Virus record (IMG/VR): IMGVR_UViG_3300021254_000027
Location: 32,001 to 96,000 of that record
Length of the DNA stretch: 64,000 nucleotides
Direction: 5' to 3' (one strand)
Origin: a virus
Taxonomy: Duplodnaviria; Caudoviricetes
The notes beneath the pieces were generated by a model. It worked only from the letters and a program-made list of their open reading frames with translations, had not been told where the DNA came from and did not search any database. The position numbers were made by a program, and so were the translations under genes. This document shows positions 41,201 to 53,436 of the stretch, piece after piece (within the stretch, counting starts at the first letter, position 1; each line of letters opens with the position of its first letter).

Positions 41201-44200
41201 TTCATCTTTATCCCATTCAGCATCTGCTGATTTCGATGCATAATCTTTAAGAGTATTATAATAATCTAAAGTTAAAGCCTATTTTTCTTGCTAAATTTCA
41301 ATTAATTTTGCTTTATCTGTTGCATATAATTGTTCTAGAGCAGAATAATATTCCATTGCTTTAGTATAACTATACTTGGTCCATTCAACAGCATTCATAT
41401 TAGTATATTTATCAAATACAGATTCATCAAAAATACTTAAATTTGCCAATTCTTCACTAGTTAATGTTCCAAAACCTTTTAATCCCTTTTTAAATTCACT
41501 AATAGCTTTATTAGTATTAAAAATATCTTTGCCAATAGTTTTCCAATATTCTGCAGAAGATAATGTTTTTCCCGTAGAAGCAATAGTATCTTGTGTTTCT
41601 ACTAAGTCTGCACTTAACTAATCACCAGTCATTAAATTTTCATTAAGAACACCTATTTGCTCGTTTAAATCTGCCGCGCGAGAATACATTTCATCATAAG
41701 CTGAAGTTGCAGCCTCCCAATCTGAATAGTTATGCTCTCTAGCAAAAGTTGCTTGGTCTTCTTCTGACCCTTCTTTAGCTGCCTCATAAGCACTTAACCA
41801 ATCATTTCGAGAAGATAATTCAGCCTACAATGTTGCTCGACGATTACTTGCATCTGCATAAGATTCTCCATAATTATTTTCAAATTCTGCTATCCATGTA
41901 TTATATTCATTCAAAATTTCTTCATATTTTTCTTCCGCCGCGATTCGTTCATTTTCTAAGGCTTCCATTTCTGCAGTTAAAACTTCTGCTTCCATCTATT
42001 CATATAAAGCAATTCTAGTACTTGCACTTTGACGAACAAAATTTTGTAAATCTCCTTGAGTTTTAAATAATCCAGATTCCCATAGCTGCTCATATTCCTC
42101 ACGGCTTATCGTATCTTGAGTCATTATTTTTTTATTTGCTTCTAAAGATTTCTCTTTTTGTACCTATTTTTCAGCTTCAATTTCTGCCAAAGCCAATTTT
42201 TTTGCAGAATTACGAATCCCAACAGCATTTCCTTGTTTATCAAAAATAATATCACTTGGCTTAATTCTTAATGCTGCTTCAATTGTTAATCCATTATTTT
42301 TATCTAATAATAAATTTTCGATCTACTTCTAAACATTTTCTTTTATATCAGGATTATTAATACTACCAATTGAAGCTCCCTTTTGAGCTATTTCTTGAAT
42401 AGCCTATAACTACAAAGCTCCTTCACTATACTGGTCAAAACCTGAAATATAATCTAATAAATTAGCTCTATTAACTCCAGTATTTTTATTTCCAGGCTCT
42501 AATGTTTGAGTAATTAATTCATTGATTTCTCGAGCAGTTGCCGCAGATTTTCCATGTCGAACTACATCAAAATTACCGCTTTCAAATAAATCATTAATCA
42601 ATGATGCATATTCAAAATTATCTATCGCATCAGCTAAAACATTAATATTATTATTTTTTAATGATGTTAAAACTGAACCTGTAAAAGTTCCAGAACCAGT
42701 ATTAATACCTGTAAATCTATCTCCAGTTAATAGACGGTATAATCCCAAAGGATCCTATTCAACATTTTCACCTTTTAATGTAGTAAACTGCCCATCAACG
42801 AAATTATATCCTAAAGATCGTAATTCATATAAGAAATCTTCATTCGCCCAAACCTGTCCTTCGTCGCTCCAGTGCTAAGCACGCCACTAATTATCAGTAT
42901 CATCCCATAAAGATTCTGTATCTCCTAAATCCTAATAAAACTAACTATCTTCTCCGTAATAATCTATCCAAGCTGCATCATTAAATAAACTAAGTGTGCC
43001 CTCATCACGTTTTGGCATATCACTAAAAAAGGATTTCCCCTAATAAGTCTAACGAGTTTCAACAGTCTATGCAACTAATTGCTCAGCCTCTTCAACTTCT
43101 CGCTAAGCTTCATCTAATAAATAATTAGTTTTTCCTCTTGTTAATTCCTAAATCTAATTAGTTAAACCAGCATAACTACCAGTCAAAATATCTACTGCAT
43201 TGGCTTGAATACCATATTTTTCAGTAATTTCATTAATTTTATCTAACTACTCCTAATAAGTAAGAGTAGTATCATTCATAATACTACTTAAATTTTGTAA
43301 ATCAATTTTTAAATCATCTGAAGCTTTTTTATTTCGTTTAATGGCTGCTGTTGTTGCATCTGCTTTAGTTTTTAATTCCTCTTCTGCTTTAATTTGAGCC
43401 TTTCGTTGAGCATTATAGGCAATAAGCGCAGTTCCAGCTATAGCAATTGCTGCACCAATAGCAATCCAACCAGCAGGGCCTTGTAATGCTTTTAAAGCCA
43501 TTTCTATAATAAACTAAGTTATTTTTAATCCATTAAAAATACCCTATTGGGCAATAGTTCCTCCCATAGCAACGGTTTCAGCTTGCTATAATTTAATGCT
43601 AATAACTCTCTATACATTCTATAGTTTATCTATTGCTACTTGCTTTAATTTTAAAGTATTATGTAAAGTTGTTAATCCATTTAAAAGGGTTGTAGATCCA
43701 ATTAATATCGATAAGATTCCAGCAAAACGTTCTCCTGCTGAAGCGCCACTATCAAAAGCTGCTTTAAATCCAGAAGAAATACTAGCAATACCAGCACCCA
43801 ATTGAACAATTCCACCAAGCGCAATACTTAATGAATCGCTAAATTTTCTGCCACTATTATTAGCTGTATCTTCCATTTGTCTTCCAATTGATTCTGTTTC
43901 TTCATCAAGACTTTCTGCATTGGTCTAAGCATTTTGAAGTTCATTATTTAATTCTGTAACACCATCAGCACTATCTCCAGTAGCTTCAACTAATCTTTCT
44001 CCATCAGCAATAATTTCCTCTTGAGCATCACGTATTTCTTTTAATTTTGCTTTAATTTTTTCTAAAGTTTCGTTTGCAGCATCTAAAGATTCAAAACTCT
44101 TAGTGTCTCCCATAATTTCTGAAATACCTTCATTTTGAGCTAAATCAGAATCTTGTCCTCCTATTGCTTCTGTAATTGAAGCTCTTGCAGTATCTGCATC

Positions 44201-46477
44201 ATATTCTCCATCTTTCATAAATCTTTGAGATTCTTGACCAGCAAAACCTTCTTCTAATTTTTTAGTAGCTGTATCTACATCGGTCTAAGTTTGTAATCCT
44301 TGAGACATTAATTTTTTACCTAAACGATCTAATTCTTCAGCTACCTAAGCACCTGCTTCAGTAATTTCAGGAGAAACAACACTACTACTATTTTTTAATT
44401 TTCTACCCTATTCTGTTAAAGCTTTTTCTACATCACTTAATCCTAGATCCTAAGCAACAATTTTACTTTGTTCACTTAATCGAGCAGTAGCTGTTTGCAT
44501 TGTTGCAATAGCAGCTCTTTGCTCTTTACCAGACTCTAAAGATTTATATGCTTGATTTGCTTGAGTTCCACTTTCTACTTCTTTACCATATTTAACTTTT
44601 AAACCAGTAACAGTGCCTTTTGCCGCAGCAGCTTCACGAGCTTTATTTTGATACTAAGTCTACAAACTATTATACTATTCTATTTGAGCATTGGTCATTC
44701 TATGAGCATTTTGCGCTTGAACGGCATTAATACGATATAATTCACTATTATATCCATATTCTGCACTTCGAGTTGCATTAGTTGCTGCTCTATTTGAATT
44801 ACCCATTTTCGCAGCAGCATTAGAATTCATTTGAGCAGACCAAGCATTTTCTCGACTTAACTATGCAGATTCTGTCATTGTTGCAATATTCTTTTTATTT
44901 GCGGCACCACTTAAAATGGCAATATTATCTACCATTTTAGAAATGCCCTAACCTACTAATCCAGTAGTGCCTAATTTAGTTGCAAATACTCCACCAATTG
45001 TAGTTAAAATTGGTACAATACCACCTAATTTATCTATTAATGTTGTCACACCATTAATAACACCAGTAATACCATCTTGCATAGTAATAAATACTTTATC
45101 ATTTAAAATTTCAGAGTATAAACCTTGCATAGCATTTTTAGCTCGTCCAGCGGCAGCTTCCCAACTTTTCGCCCAAATTGCCTATTGTTCTTCTAATTCT
45201 CCATCAGAATTAAGCGCAACATCAACATTAATTTTATATTGATCCCAATTCTCAAACAATGCCATCAAAGAAGTATACTGACGAGCACCACCAATTGTTT
45301 GAGCAACTGCACTTTTTTGTGCTTTACTTAATGTAGACCATTTATTACCTAATTCTTCAATAACAGTGCCCATGTCGCGCAATTCGCCTGTAGCGTCAAG
45401 AACTTGAACACCAACAGTTTGCAACGCTTTAGAATATTTATTAAGATCAACACCATCTTCAAGAGTTTCGCCTAATTTTAAGCCGCCCATACGACTTAAA
45501 ATAGTATTCATAGATGTACCAACTGTTTCTGCTGACTAACGAGTAACACTTGCAACAGTAGCAATCATTGAAGACATTTGTTCCATTTTTACACCAACAG
45601 TATTAGCAGTTGCACCAACTTTTTGCATTGCAGTTGCAATTTCTTCCATACTAGAAGCAGTATTAGCACCAAGAGCAGCCATAATATCAACATAATGTTC
45701 CATTTGATCTGCTCCAACTTGATAAGCGTTCCATACCGCGGTTAAGTATTGAGACATTTCTTTTGTGCTACTACTAAAAGCAATATTCGCAGCTTTCATA
45801 GTAATTGTAGCTTTATTTATAGCTTCAGCTGTTTTATCACCCTATTGGTAGAAAATTAATGCAGCATCTGAAAATGCTAATGTAGATGCACTTAATCCCT
45901 TTGCAGCAGACTAAGCTTTTTGAGCAAAATCTGCAATTTCAGCATTACTCATTTTTGTAACTACTTGAATACTCGTTAAAGATTCATTTAAATCTTTCGT
46001 ATAACGAATTGCATTATTTACTGCACTAATAGTGCCATGAATAATACTTGAAGAAATTTGCCACTATGCAGTTTTCTTTAAATTAGTTAATAAATTCGTA
46101 AAAGCGCCATTTAAAGTAACTGTTTGCTACCGCATCTAAGCCATACTAGATAAAACTTGATTAAAAGCAGCTTGTCCTTCCGCACCAAACCCCATCATCT
46201 AATCACGAATGGTAGTTAAATTAGTTTTAGATTCCTTTAAACTTCTATTAAAAGCTGAAAAATTAATTTTCCCAGTGTCAACATTAACTGCCGCAGTTAA
46301 AGCTTTCTATAAATCTCTTGCACCCTAAACTCCATTTTTTAATTCCAAAGTATCAAATTTTAAAGGCTATACTTTAGTAATAGAATTTAAAGTATTTTGT
46401 AAATTCTACAATTCTGAACGAGCAGCTTGAGTTTCGGCAGTAACTTTTAAAGTCGATACAACAGTATTAGCCGCCAT
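32210..46477 (-). CDS. Tape measure protein, ~4,755 aa
   Basis: ATG 46477 with AAGGAG RBS; 17 track fragments from 45799 to 32500 fall in one frame; TAA at 32210. TP901-family TMP core (LGANTASSMEEIATAMQKVG..TRQSAETVGTSMNTILSR..GARQYTSLMAL), FGIASPSR and SGGLVDYTGPAWVDG..PE motifs. Confidence 0.85.
40070..40660 (-). repeat. Six tandem 96/99-nt (32/33-aa) repeats inside the tape measure gene
   Basis: Unit GY(N/H/S)(I/V/L)YMSP(D/E)xx(K/Q)MWLADxxG(N/Q)LQxL; periods 96, 99, 99, 96, 99 nt; degenerate copies flank the array. Confidence 0.9.
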
Positions 46478-46498
46478 ATTTTAAACTCCTTTCTCTCC

Positions 46499-46526
46499 AA
46501 AAAAAATAAGCGCATTAAGCGCTTAT
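46499..46526 (-). terminator. Terminator-like hairpin between the chaperone and tape measure genes
   Basis: ataagcgc/gcgcttat stem followed by a T-run on the minus strand. Confidence 0.5.
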
Positions 46527-47047
46527 CCTAATTTTTCTACAACATCAGAAATTAATGAATTTGTTTCCAATTTACGTAGATCATCTAACATTTCATCTAC
46601 TTCTTTTGTATCAGCAATTTGATTAGTTTGTAAATATTCTAACAATCCAGCAGCAGAAGTTCTATAATTCACTAATACAGCTATTGTTTGATGCATTAAA
46701 GTGAATATTTGATTCCACTCTTCCTTCGGGATTATTTCTTTTACTTTATCATTTATTCCATTTATCTATAAAATATCATAAGTTTTAACTGCATTGTTAA
46801 TCATTGTCTCAGTGATATTAATATTCGTATAATATTTTATAATATAAATCATTCCATATAATTCTTCACGAATTGGTGAAGTGGTACCATTTTCTGCAAG
46901 TACATCACCAATATAATCATTTAATAATGCTGCTTTCTATTCCATAGGTAAATACTGTAATACCTAAATGGTCTAATCACCAATCTGTACATTAATCGGC
47001 ACAATAGATTTAACAGTATTTATTTTACTTAAAGCGATTTTCGCCAT
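46523..47047 (-). CDS. Probable tail assembly chaperone (174 aa), missed by the ORF track
   Basis: AAGGAG RBS, ATG 47047 (MAKIALSKINTVK..D*TI*VLQYLPME*K..), TAA at 46523; lies immediately upstream of the tape measure. Confidence 0.65.
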
Positions 47048-47084
47048 TATAAATCTCTCCTTTTACTCAAACTTTCTATATAAT

Positions 47085-47113
47085 ATTATATAGAAAAAAA
47101 ATAACCTTGTCAA
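47085..47113 (-). promoter_or_regulatory. Consensus sigma-70/sigma-A promoter
   Basis: TTGACA (47113-47108), 17-nt spacer, TATAAT (47090-47085); the -10 box lies within a perfect 24-bp palindrome at 47073-47096. Confidence 0.8.
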
Positions 47114-47117
47114 ATTT

Positions 47118-48239
47118 TTATTTATTTAATCCTCTAATAAGATTTTTACTAAGACGGACTTCTCCGAATAAATTATTTCTATTATACTATTGCTAAGTAA
47201 TAGCTTCATAAATTAACTATCCAGTACTAACAACATAGATATCTTGTCCAGTAGGATCATTATAAATTAAAAAACGAGCTACCATATCAACTCGTTGTCC
47301 ATCTATTTCTAAAAATTGACCAGTACCGCTAATTTCATACATTAACCGCAAATGGGAAAAAACTTCTTGCGCGAATGTTCCTCTTGGACTTCCACTACCA
47401 ATAGCATTTAATCCACCAAAAACAGCTCGCGCAGCCTCACGATCACCAAGACCTAAATATTTAATTGATGAAAATAATGCTTTAAATAAATTTGTAGCTC
47501 CAAAACCGATGTCTGATTCATATTTATTTCGAGAAACAAGCATACCATCCTGCCAAGAACGACTCGTATAGTTTTTGGCAGTAAATTTTGCTTGACTTAA
47601 TAGCGAAGCTATCTCTATTAATTCTGGTGAAGCAGATGTATTATATGTAATTGTTACGCCTTGGTTATCTACTTTTAATGCACGATTTTGAATTACTAAT
47701 TGTTGATCTAAATTTGCGTTTCCTCTAAATACATCCGCCACTCTTTTCATAGTTCTTTTAGCATAATCATCGGCCAAAGCCGTCATCGTTAAATTGGATC
47801 CAAGAGTCTAAGCTGTAACTGCACCAGTATGTGTTAAACCATTTTCAACAACAGAAGGATCTGCCGCGGCATTGGATAATATTGTAGTAAGCATTGTATC
47901 TAATTGATGCTCAAATGCTGTACCGCCTATTGTAAAAAATAAATTAGAAATATTCCCTTGAGCATTTTTAGGAAGCATATTCCAAATAACTTCCATAGCT
48001 TGCTATGAAAAAATACCAGATTCATCAAATTGAATATCTGCTTTAGCAACAGATCCATTACGATAACCAATTTCTTTATCTGACATTTTATTAATAGACA
48101 TCTATTTTAATATCTAAAAAAAACGAGATAATTTAGCTGCATCATCAACATCTCGTTGACCAACTTTAAATGCTTCATATCTAGCTTTTATTCCATCTTC
48201 AATCTATTGTAAATACGATGTATAATGCTATAAAGCCAT
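47118..48239 (-). CDS. Hypothetical protein (373 aa) between tail tube and chaperone genes
   Basis: ATG 48239 (TAG at codon 4); fragments 47996 and 47786 in frame; TAA at 47118. Confidence 0.65.
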
Positions 48240-48255
48240 ATCACATCACCACAAC

Positions 48256-48294
48256 AAAAAAATAGGGGAGATACGATTTCGTATCTCCCCTATT
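48256..48294 (-). terminator. Rho-independent terminator after the major tail gene
   Basis: aataggggagatacg/cgtatctcccctatt stem with T-run on the minus strand. Confidence 0.8.
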
Positions 48295-48310
48295 GTCAAT
48301 ATTTAATCAA

Positions 48311-49426
48311 TTAAATACTCTCGGTAAAACGACCAGGAGCCTGCTTACCAGAGTCTTCATAAATTGTACCAGGAATGACTTCACCAGCAACAGTAGCAGC
48401 AGCGCCACCATCATAAAGGTTAACATCTTCAACAATCTGAAGTGCAGCAATTACCTTCTTGGTCTTATCAAACTTAGTATAATCTGGGAATGCATCCATA
48501 GTAAAGGTGAAGGTAGAAGGATCACCAGTAGGAGCCATTGTAAATGTGAAGTTAGACTGAATCTTGCAGTTTGGAATTACAAACTCAGCAGGATAATCTT
48601 CGCCAGTACCCTGATCACGGAACAAGGTAGAAGCCTCAAGATAGTAAGATCCACCAAATTTACCAGCTTCAATATCAATCTGCTTTACATATTGAGTACT
48701 CTTTACATAGTAATCAACATACATAATAGAGCCAGGATTATCTGGATCAGTACCATCAACATAGTCAACAATTTCCTCTGCAGATGCAGCATTCTTATAC
48801 TTATCAAGTTCAGACTGGAACTGAGTAGCTACAGGAGCAGTAGCATTCATGATCTTGCCTGCATTAATAAGTTCAGTGTGACTCTCATTATAATTGTCAC
48901 GCCATGCAGAGAAAGCATCAGCCAAAGTAATGGTCGCGCCACTCATATAGGCAGGATCAGCACCATCAGAACCTTGAAGTGGGATATCCATAGGAACACG
49001 ATTAGTATTAATAGAACCATCATCATTCTTTAACATGATATACAAAGAACCAGCCTTCGCAGGAACATGAGAAAGAGTTAACTGACCATTCTTAACCTGG
49101 ACTTCTTCAGTAGTATGAATAAAAATTGGATGATCTTCATCAGCATCCATAAATCCAGCACCAGAAAGAATAGAGAAGCTTTCTGGAGAAATCAAAGCAT
49201 CTTCCATTGTAAAGGTAACAGTACGGTCACCTTCCCAAGCAACCAAACGAGGGTTACCGCGTCCACCCTGAGCATAAACAGTGGTACTCTGGCCTTCAAG
49301 AGATGAAGTCTTCAAAGTATCAAAATACATAACAGGCATATCCTTATCGAGATAAAGCTTGCCGAAATAACCGCCAGTCTTTCTCTTAAGAACGACGTCG
49401 CAAATTTCGCGTACACCAAATTTCAT
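48311..49426 (-). CDS. Major tail tube protein (371 aa)
   Basis: Intact TAG-free ORF; AQGGRGNPRL..W..DRTVTFTMEDAL and IPNCKIQSNFTFTMAPTGDPSTFTFTMDA motifs; position, strong RBS and downstream terminator. Confidence 0.75.
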   Translation of the reverse strand: MKFGVREICDVVLKRKTGGYFGKLYLDKDMPVMYFDTLKTSSLEGQSTTVYAQGGRGNPRLVAWEGDRTVTFTMEDALISPESFSILSGAGFMDADEDHPIFIHTTEEVQVKNGQLTLSHVPAKAGSLYIMLKNDDGSINTNRVPMDIPLQGSDGADPAYMSGATITLADAFSAWRDNYNESHTELINAGKIMNATAPVATQFQSELDKYKNAASAEEIVDYVDGTDPDNPGSIMYVDYYVKSTQYVKQIDIEAGKFGGSYYLEASTLFRDQGTGEDYPAEFVIPNCKIQSNFTFTMAPTGDPSTFTFTMDAFPDYTKFDKTKKVIAALQIVEDVNLYDGGAAATVAGEVIPGTIYEDSGKQAPGRFTESI

Positions 49427-49444
49427 AGGTTATTTCCTCCTTAT

Positions 49445-50203
49445 TTAATGTAAGTCTTTCATCCAATCGTCTGGTTTATCATCGGGCTTACCACCTGCCA
49501 GACGAGATCGAATATCTAAATCCCACCCAATATATAAGCCATATCTTTCAACTAAATCATATAACTAATATACTGTTAAATTTAAACAATCATCTAAGCT
49601 CATAGATGATAGCCCGACAGTGAGAATAGAAACATAGCGTCCAAGGACTCCATCTGCGGAATGTCCTTTTTCAGCTGCTGCACGGGCTCGCCCGCGCATA
49701 AGTTTTGCCGCAATCGCGGCAGCTTTTTGTCCCTTCGGATTATAGTTTGAATTCTATCCACCAGTACTGTTATTTACTCCTGTGATGTCATTAAGAGCAC
49801 TCTTAAATACATCAAAGTTTGTATCATTTATCATAACATTATGTTTCGTGGCTGGATTATTCAAATATAATCCCATACCATTGGGTAAAAGCTAGATCCC
49901 ATATCCAGGAAACAAAATGGTCAAAGTAGAAATCATATTATTCTGCACTTTTAATTTTGCTTCCTCTTCCGGAGGATTCATCAATGTCATAAATATCTGA
50001 AAATCACTCATAGCAGATAAACTAGATGCGCCCTTGGGATTAGAAGCTAAAATAGTCGCTTTATTAAAACATAAAGTCTATAATGCAGAAAAGTATTCTA
50101 ATTCACCCATATAAGAAATTTCACGAATTTTAGGCTGGTGCAAAGTAAGCTATAAATCAGGAATGGGAATATCTACTCCAGTTAATAATGATAATTTATT
50201 CAT
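49445..50203 (-). CDS. Neck/tail-region hypothetical protein (252 aa), missed by the ORF track
   Basis: ATG 50203 overlaps the upstream TAA; MNKLSLLTGVDIPIPDL*LTLHQPKIREISYMGE..PDDWMKDLH-TAA. Confidence 0.7.
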
Positions 50204-50736
50204 TATTTTCTAGGAATTATATCATCAGAACCATGAACTGCTTCATACGCCATTGTTAAACCAATGAGCTATTCATTCATAACAATATTGTCAGCACCAG
50301 CAAAATGCAATTCACCAATTCCAGTAAATTTTTGATTTTGAAGTGAAGCATCAATTTCTCCTGCAATACGATATGGTCGTAAAGCAAAATTTCCTAAATG
50401 CCAATGATCTGGATGGCATAAAATATGAAAATAAATATAATTATCTCTAAATTCTGGATTATTAGCATTTGGTTTAAAATCTCTAAAACTAATACAAATA
50501 TAAATAGGACATTCTGTAGAAATATCAATTTCAGGAATAATCCTAATCTATTTATCAATTAAAGACAACAACTATTCAGAAGTTAATTTTGGCTTCTATA
50601 AACAATCTCTTTCATGATAATATAATAATTTTACCAATCTATCATTTTTTAATAATTTTTTAATAATAATTTCTAAATCCTTTTCTACGGAATAAAAACT
50701 ACTATCTGGCTTAGTAAAATTTTCTCCTACCTTCAT
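50203..50736 (-). CDS. Putative tail terminator/completion protein (177 aa), missed by the ORF track
   Basis: ATG 50736 with AGGTGG RBS; RLVKLLYY..FHILCHPDHW..LRPYRIAGEID..GIGELHF; assigned from position. Confidence 0.6.
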
Positions 50737-50748
50737 ATTTTCACCACC

Positions 50749-51702
50749 TTAAAATAAAGATTCAACCAATATTGTTTTAGATAGATCACCGCAATGGATA
50801 ATAAAAGACCCACTAATCATACTGGTCCAAGTAATCTTTAATCGATTGCCAACAATCGTATATTCTAAAACATCGTCGATTTCTTTATTTTTATCAGCAG
50901 GTAAAGAAATTGACCAATTCATTTCAGTATCATTCATTTTTAATCTATAATAAACAGATTCTAAAGGTTTTATAGATTTTGGTCCGATAATTTCATTAAC
51001 ATCTTCTGGAACAAAATCTTCTATGTCATCTGCTACTTGAATAAACATTTCATCAGCATGACACTCATAATCTTCTTCTACCTAAATATCAAATACTCCA
51101 GGGGTACTAATAAAATCAGGCGCCTAGACTTTCCAATAGCGATCATCAAATTTAAAACGCTTATATCGCTCAAAAGTTCGACGATTCTATTCAGTATCTG
51201 TCATATAAATCTCTAAAGTTAAATTCGGTACATGTGCAACCAATCCATCTTTTTGAATTGTATTAATTTTAGTTTCAACAGGTCCACGAATTGCAGCCCA
51301 TTGACTAAATTCTTCATGAGTTTCAGGATCAATCGCAGTTAAATATTTACATCTACGACAATTAGCTCGTAAATAAGCGAGTTCTGTATCTTCTGGCTTT
51401 AAAATAATCCAATGACTTCCAGTCCCTTTTCCCCATTCAAAAGTATCTCCAGGCTAATATCCATGTTCAAAATCAATGGAAATAATTTTCTCATCATAAT
51501 CAAATTTAACTTTATCAGGATTCATTAAGGCTCTTACCCAAGTTGCATTTTCATCAGTATCTTTTTTCACCCAAGCAGCCTAGTATGAATACAATAATGC
51601 GCGATGCATAGAGCGTAAACGATCCATAATCATGCGGTTATGTTGACGATCATTATCCGCCGCATGAGCGCGCTTTTTCATTAATGCTAAATTCTCAAGC
51701 AT
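50749..51702 (-). CDS. Putative head closure/neck protein (317 aa)
   Basis: ATG 51702 overlaps the upstream stop; in frame with fragment 50749..51048 across TAGs. Confidence 0.6.
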
Positions 51703-51998
51703 TATAATTTATTTACCAATTCTGTCAACATCGAAATAACACTAAAAATAGTAGTTCGATATGACATAAAATTGCGGACATCATACAATCCATTTAATTT
51801 ACTTAATAAAATAAGAAAATCAAGTTGGTCGCCAAACATTGCATGAAGTCCTCGTAATTCTATTAAAACAGAGTCTAACTGCTTTTGCCAATCTTCTTCG
51901 TTTTCTCTCATTGGCAACAACTTCCAAATCTAATTTATCAATCTCCGCAAATCTTTTTCAACCACAGAATTTGCAATATCAATCTCTTGATAAATCAT
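51702..51998 (-). CDS. Small neck-region hypothetical protein (98 aa)
   Basis: ATG 51998; RRLIN*IWKLLPMRE joins track fragment 51702..51920. Confidence 0.65.
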
Positions 51999-52603
51999 GA
52001 TTCTTTATCTCCTATAGGCTCCCAATTTGCGACAACACCATCATCATCTACTTCTCCAGTTCTATTATCAACATAAATAATAGTAGATGGATTAGCAGGA
52101 TTGCTGAAGTTACTCTGTGGTTCAGTATCTACATACTGTTGAGGTACTGCCGACTGATTTAGTACGGACCAATTAGACATTACTCTACCATCATGTCCAT
52201 ATCTGCGACGCTTATATAAACGCTACGCATGAATATTTTCACGATGATTTTCAGTCTTTAAATTTAATAACTTCGCAAGATGATTTGCTTGCGAAGTCAT
52301 TTTAAAATCTGAGCCAGAATATTTCATCCGAGTCATTTCAACTGAGTTAATCTAACGATCTAACCAAGCCTATTTCATTAACAAAGCAAAAATGTTGATC
52401 TCTTCTTTAGTGAGATCAACATTATATACTCCCTATTCAGCATCATAATCATATAATGCGAATCGAGGAAACTCGAAGTAAGGAATGGCATCAAGCAGAT
52501 ACTATTTAGCATCACGGATGGTATCTTCTTCAGTAAGCTCTAAATACATATCATCAGTGATCTTACTCAAGAAGGCATCTATAATAGTATCAAATGATGT
52601 CAT
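51995..52603 (-). CDS. Putative head-tail adaptor (202 aa)
   Basis: ATG 52603 with GAGGAGG RBS; MTSFDTIIDAFLSKITDD..LTKEEINIFALLMK*AWLDR*IN..DFKMTSQANHL; joins fragment 51995..52180. Confidence 0.6.
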
Positions 52604-52605
52604 AA

Positions 52606-53214
52606 TTAACCCTCCTCATTAGAGGTTTTCTTTACAACATTATACTTCGGAGAAGTTCTGCGCCCAGAAGTTTCCTTAGCTGCAGCTGGCTGTACTCGAC
52701 GACCAGTAGGAGTCTCAACTTTCATTCCACTGGATGTTTCTTCTGCAGCAGCAGCTGCTTCTGCTTCAAGTTCAGCCTTATGCTTAAGCGCAAGAGATAT
52801 ATCAAATCCAGTTTTCTCCTTAATCGCACTAATCTTACGAGTATCAGTCACTGGAAGCTCAAGCGCATACTTCTGAACCAAATCAATAACGCCGCCAGGT
52901 GCAAAATCAAGACAGTCTAATAGGGCATCAACTGAGCCATTCTTTAGAAGATCAATAACTCCCTTGTCGTCTAAATAATACTCAGGTTCTACGTGAGATG
53001 TAGTCTCATTCACCGTTTCGGCATCTTCAATAAATAATTCATCGCGCAAAATAGAGAGCCCACCGCTCTTTTGAGCTAGCGCAATCAATTCTGCCGCAGG
53101 CAGCATCTTAGTCTCACCGGGTGCGAATTCTCGGCGTACGCCCAAGTCTGGCACTCTATAGATTACGATGGAATTACTTCTATTGCGAACCTTTACCTTC
53201 TTGTTAGTATCCAT
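52606..53214 (-). CDS. Head-associated hypothetical protein (202 aa)
   Basis: Real start likely ATG 53214 (MDTNKKVKVRNRS) after AAGGAG; TAG-free; directly follows the capsid gene. Confidence 0.7.
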   Translation of the reverse strand: MDTNKKVKVRNRSNSIVIYRVPDLGVRREFAPGETKMLPAAELIALAQKSGGLSILRDELFIEDAETVNETTSHVEPEYYLDDKGVIDLLKNGSVDALLDCLDFAPGGVIDLVQKYALELPVTDTRKISAIKEKTGFDISLALKHKAELEAEAAAAAEETSSGMKVETPTGRRVQPAAAKETSGRRTSPKYNVVKKTSNEEG

Positions 53215-53242
53215 ATTTTTTAAACTCCTTTTTCTCTTACGC

Positions 53243-53266
53243 GCGGGCGCGTATATACGCGCCCGC
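53243..53266. other. Perfect 24-bp GC-rich palindrome 3' of the capsid gene
   Basis: gcgggcgcgtat|atacgcgcccgc; no U-tract on the coding strand. Confidence 0.7.
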
Positions 53267-53280
53267 ACAATTTATATTAA

Positions 53281-53436
53281 TTAAGCTTTAACTACGTAAT
53301 AAGTCTTTCCTTCAACAAGTTCAGAATCAGAGGTCTTTACGTAATTATTATCAACCTTTTCATAGTAAGTTCCAATGTTAGCAACATCAGGATTAGTTAC
53401 AACTTCATACTCAGGCTCAGTTACCGCCGGGCTAGG
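53281..53436 (-). CDS. Predicted +1 frameshift C-terminal extension of the major capsid protein (50 aa)
   Basis: Capsid frame ends TCT CCC TAG; the +1 frame reads CCT AGC CCG.. = PSPAVTEPEYEVVTNPDVANIGTYYEKVDNNYVKTSDSELVEGKTYYVVKA-TAA and has no credible own start or RBS. Confidence 0.7.
   Translation of the reverse strand, partial: PSPAVTEPEYEVVTNPDVANIGTYYEKVDNNYVKTSDSELVEGKTYYVVKA

Noticed and set aside
46523-47047. Classical -1 frameshift (lambda G/GT type) in the tail chaperone
   Set aside because: The gene ends 45 nt before the TMP start, leaving no overlapping downstream ORF to shift into.
53214-53268. Track start MRARIYAP.. for ORF 52606..53268
   Set aside because: It runs through the palindrome and has no RBS; ATG 53214 has a good AAGGAG RBS.
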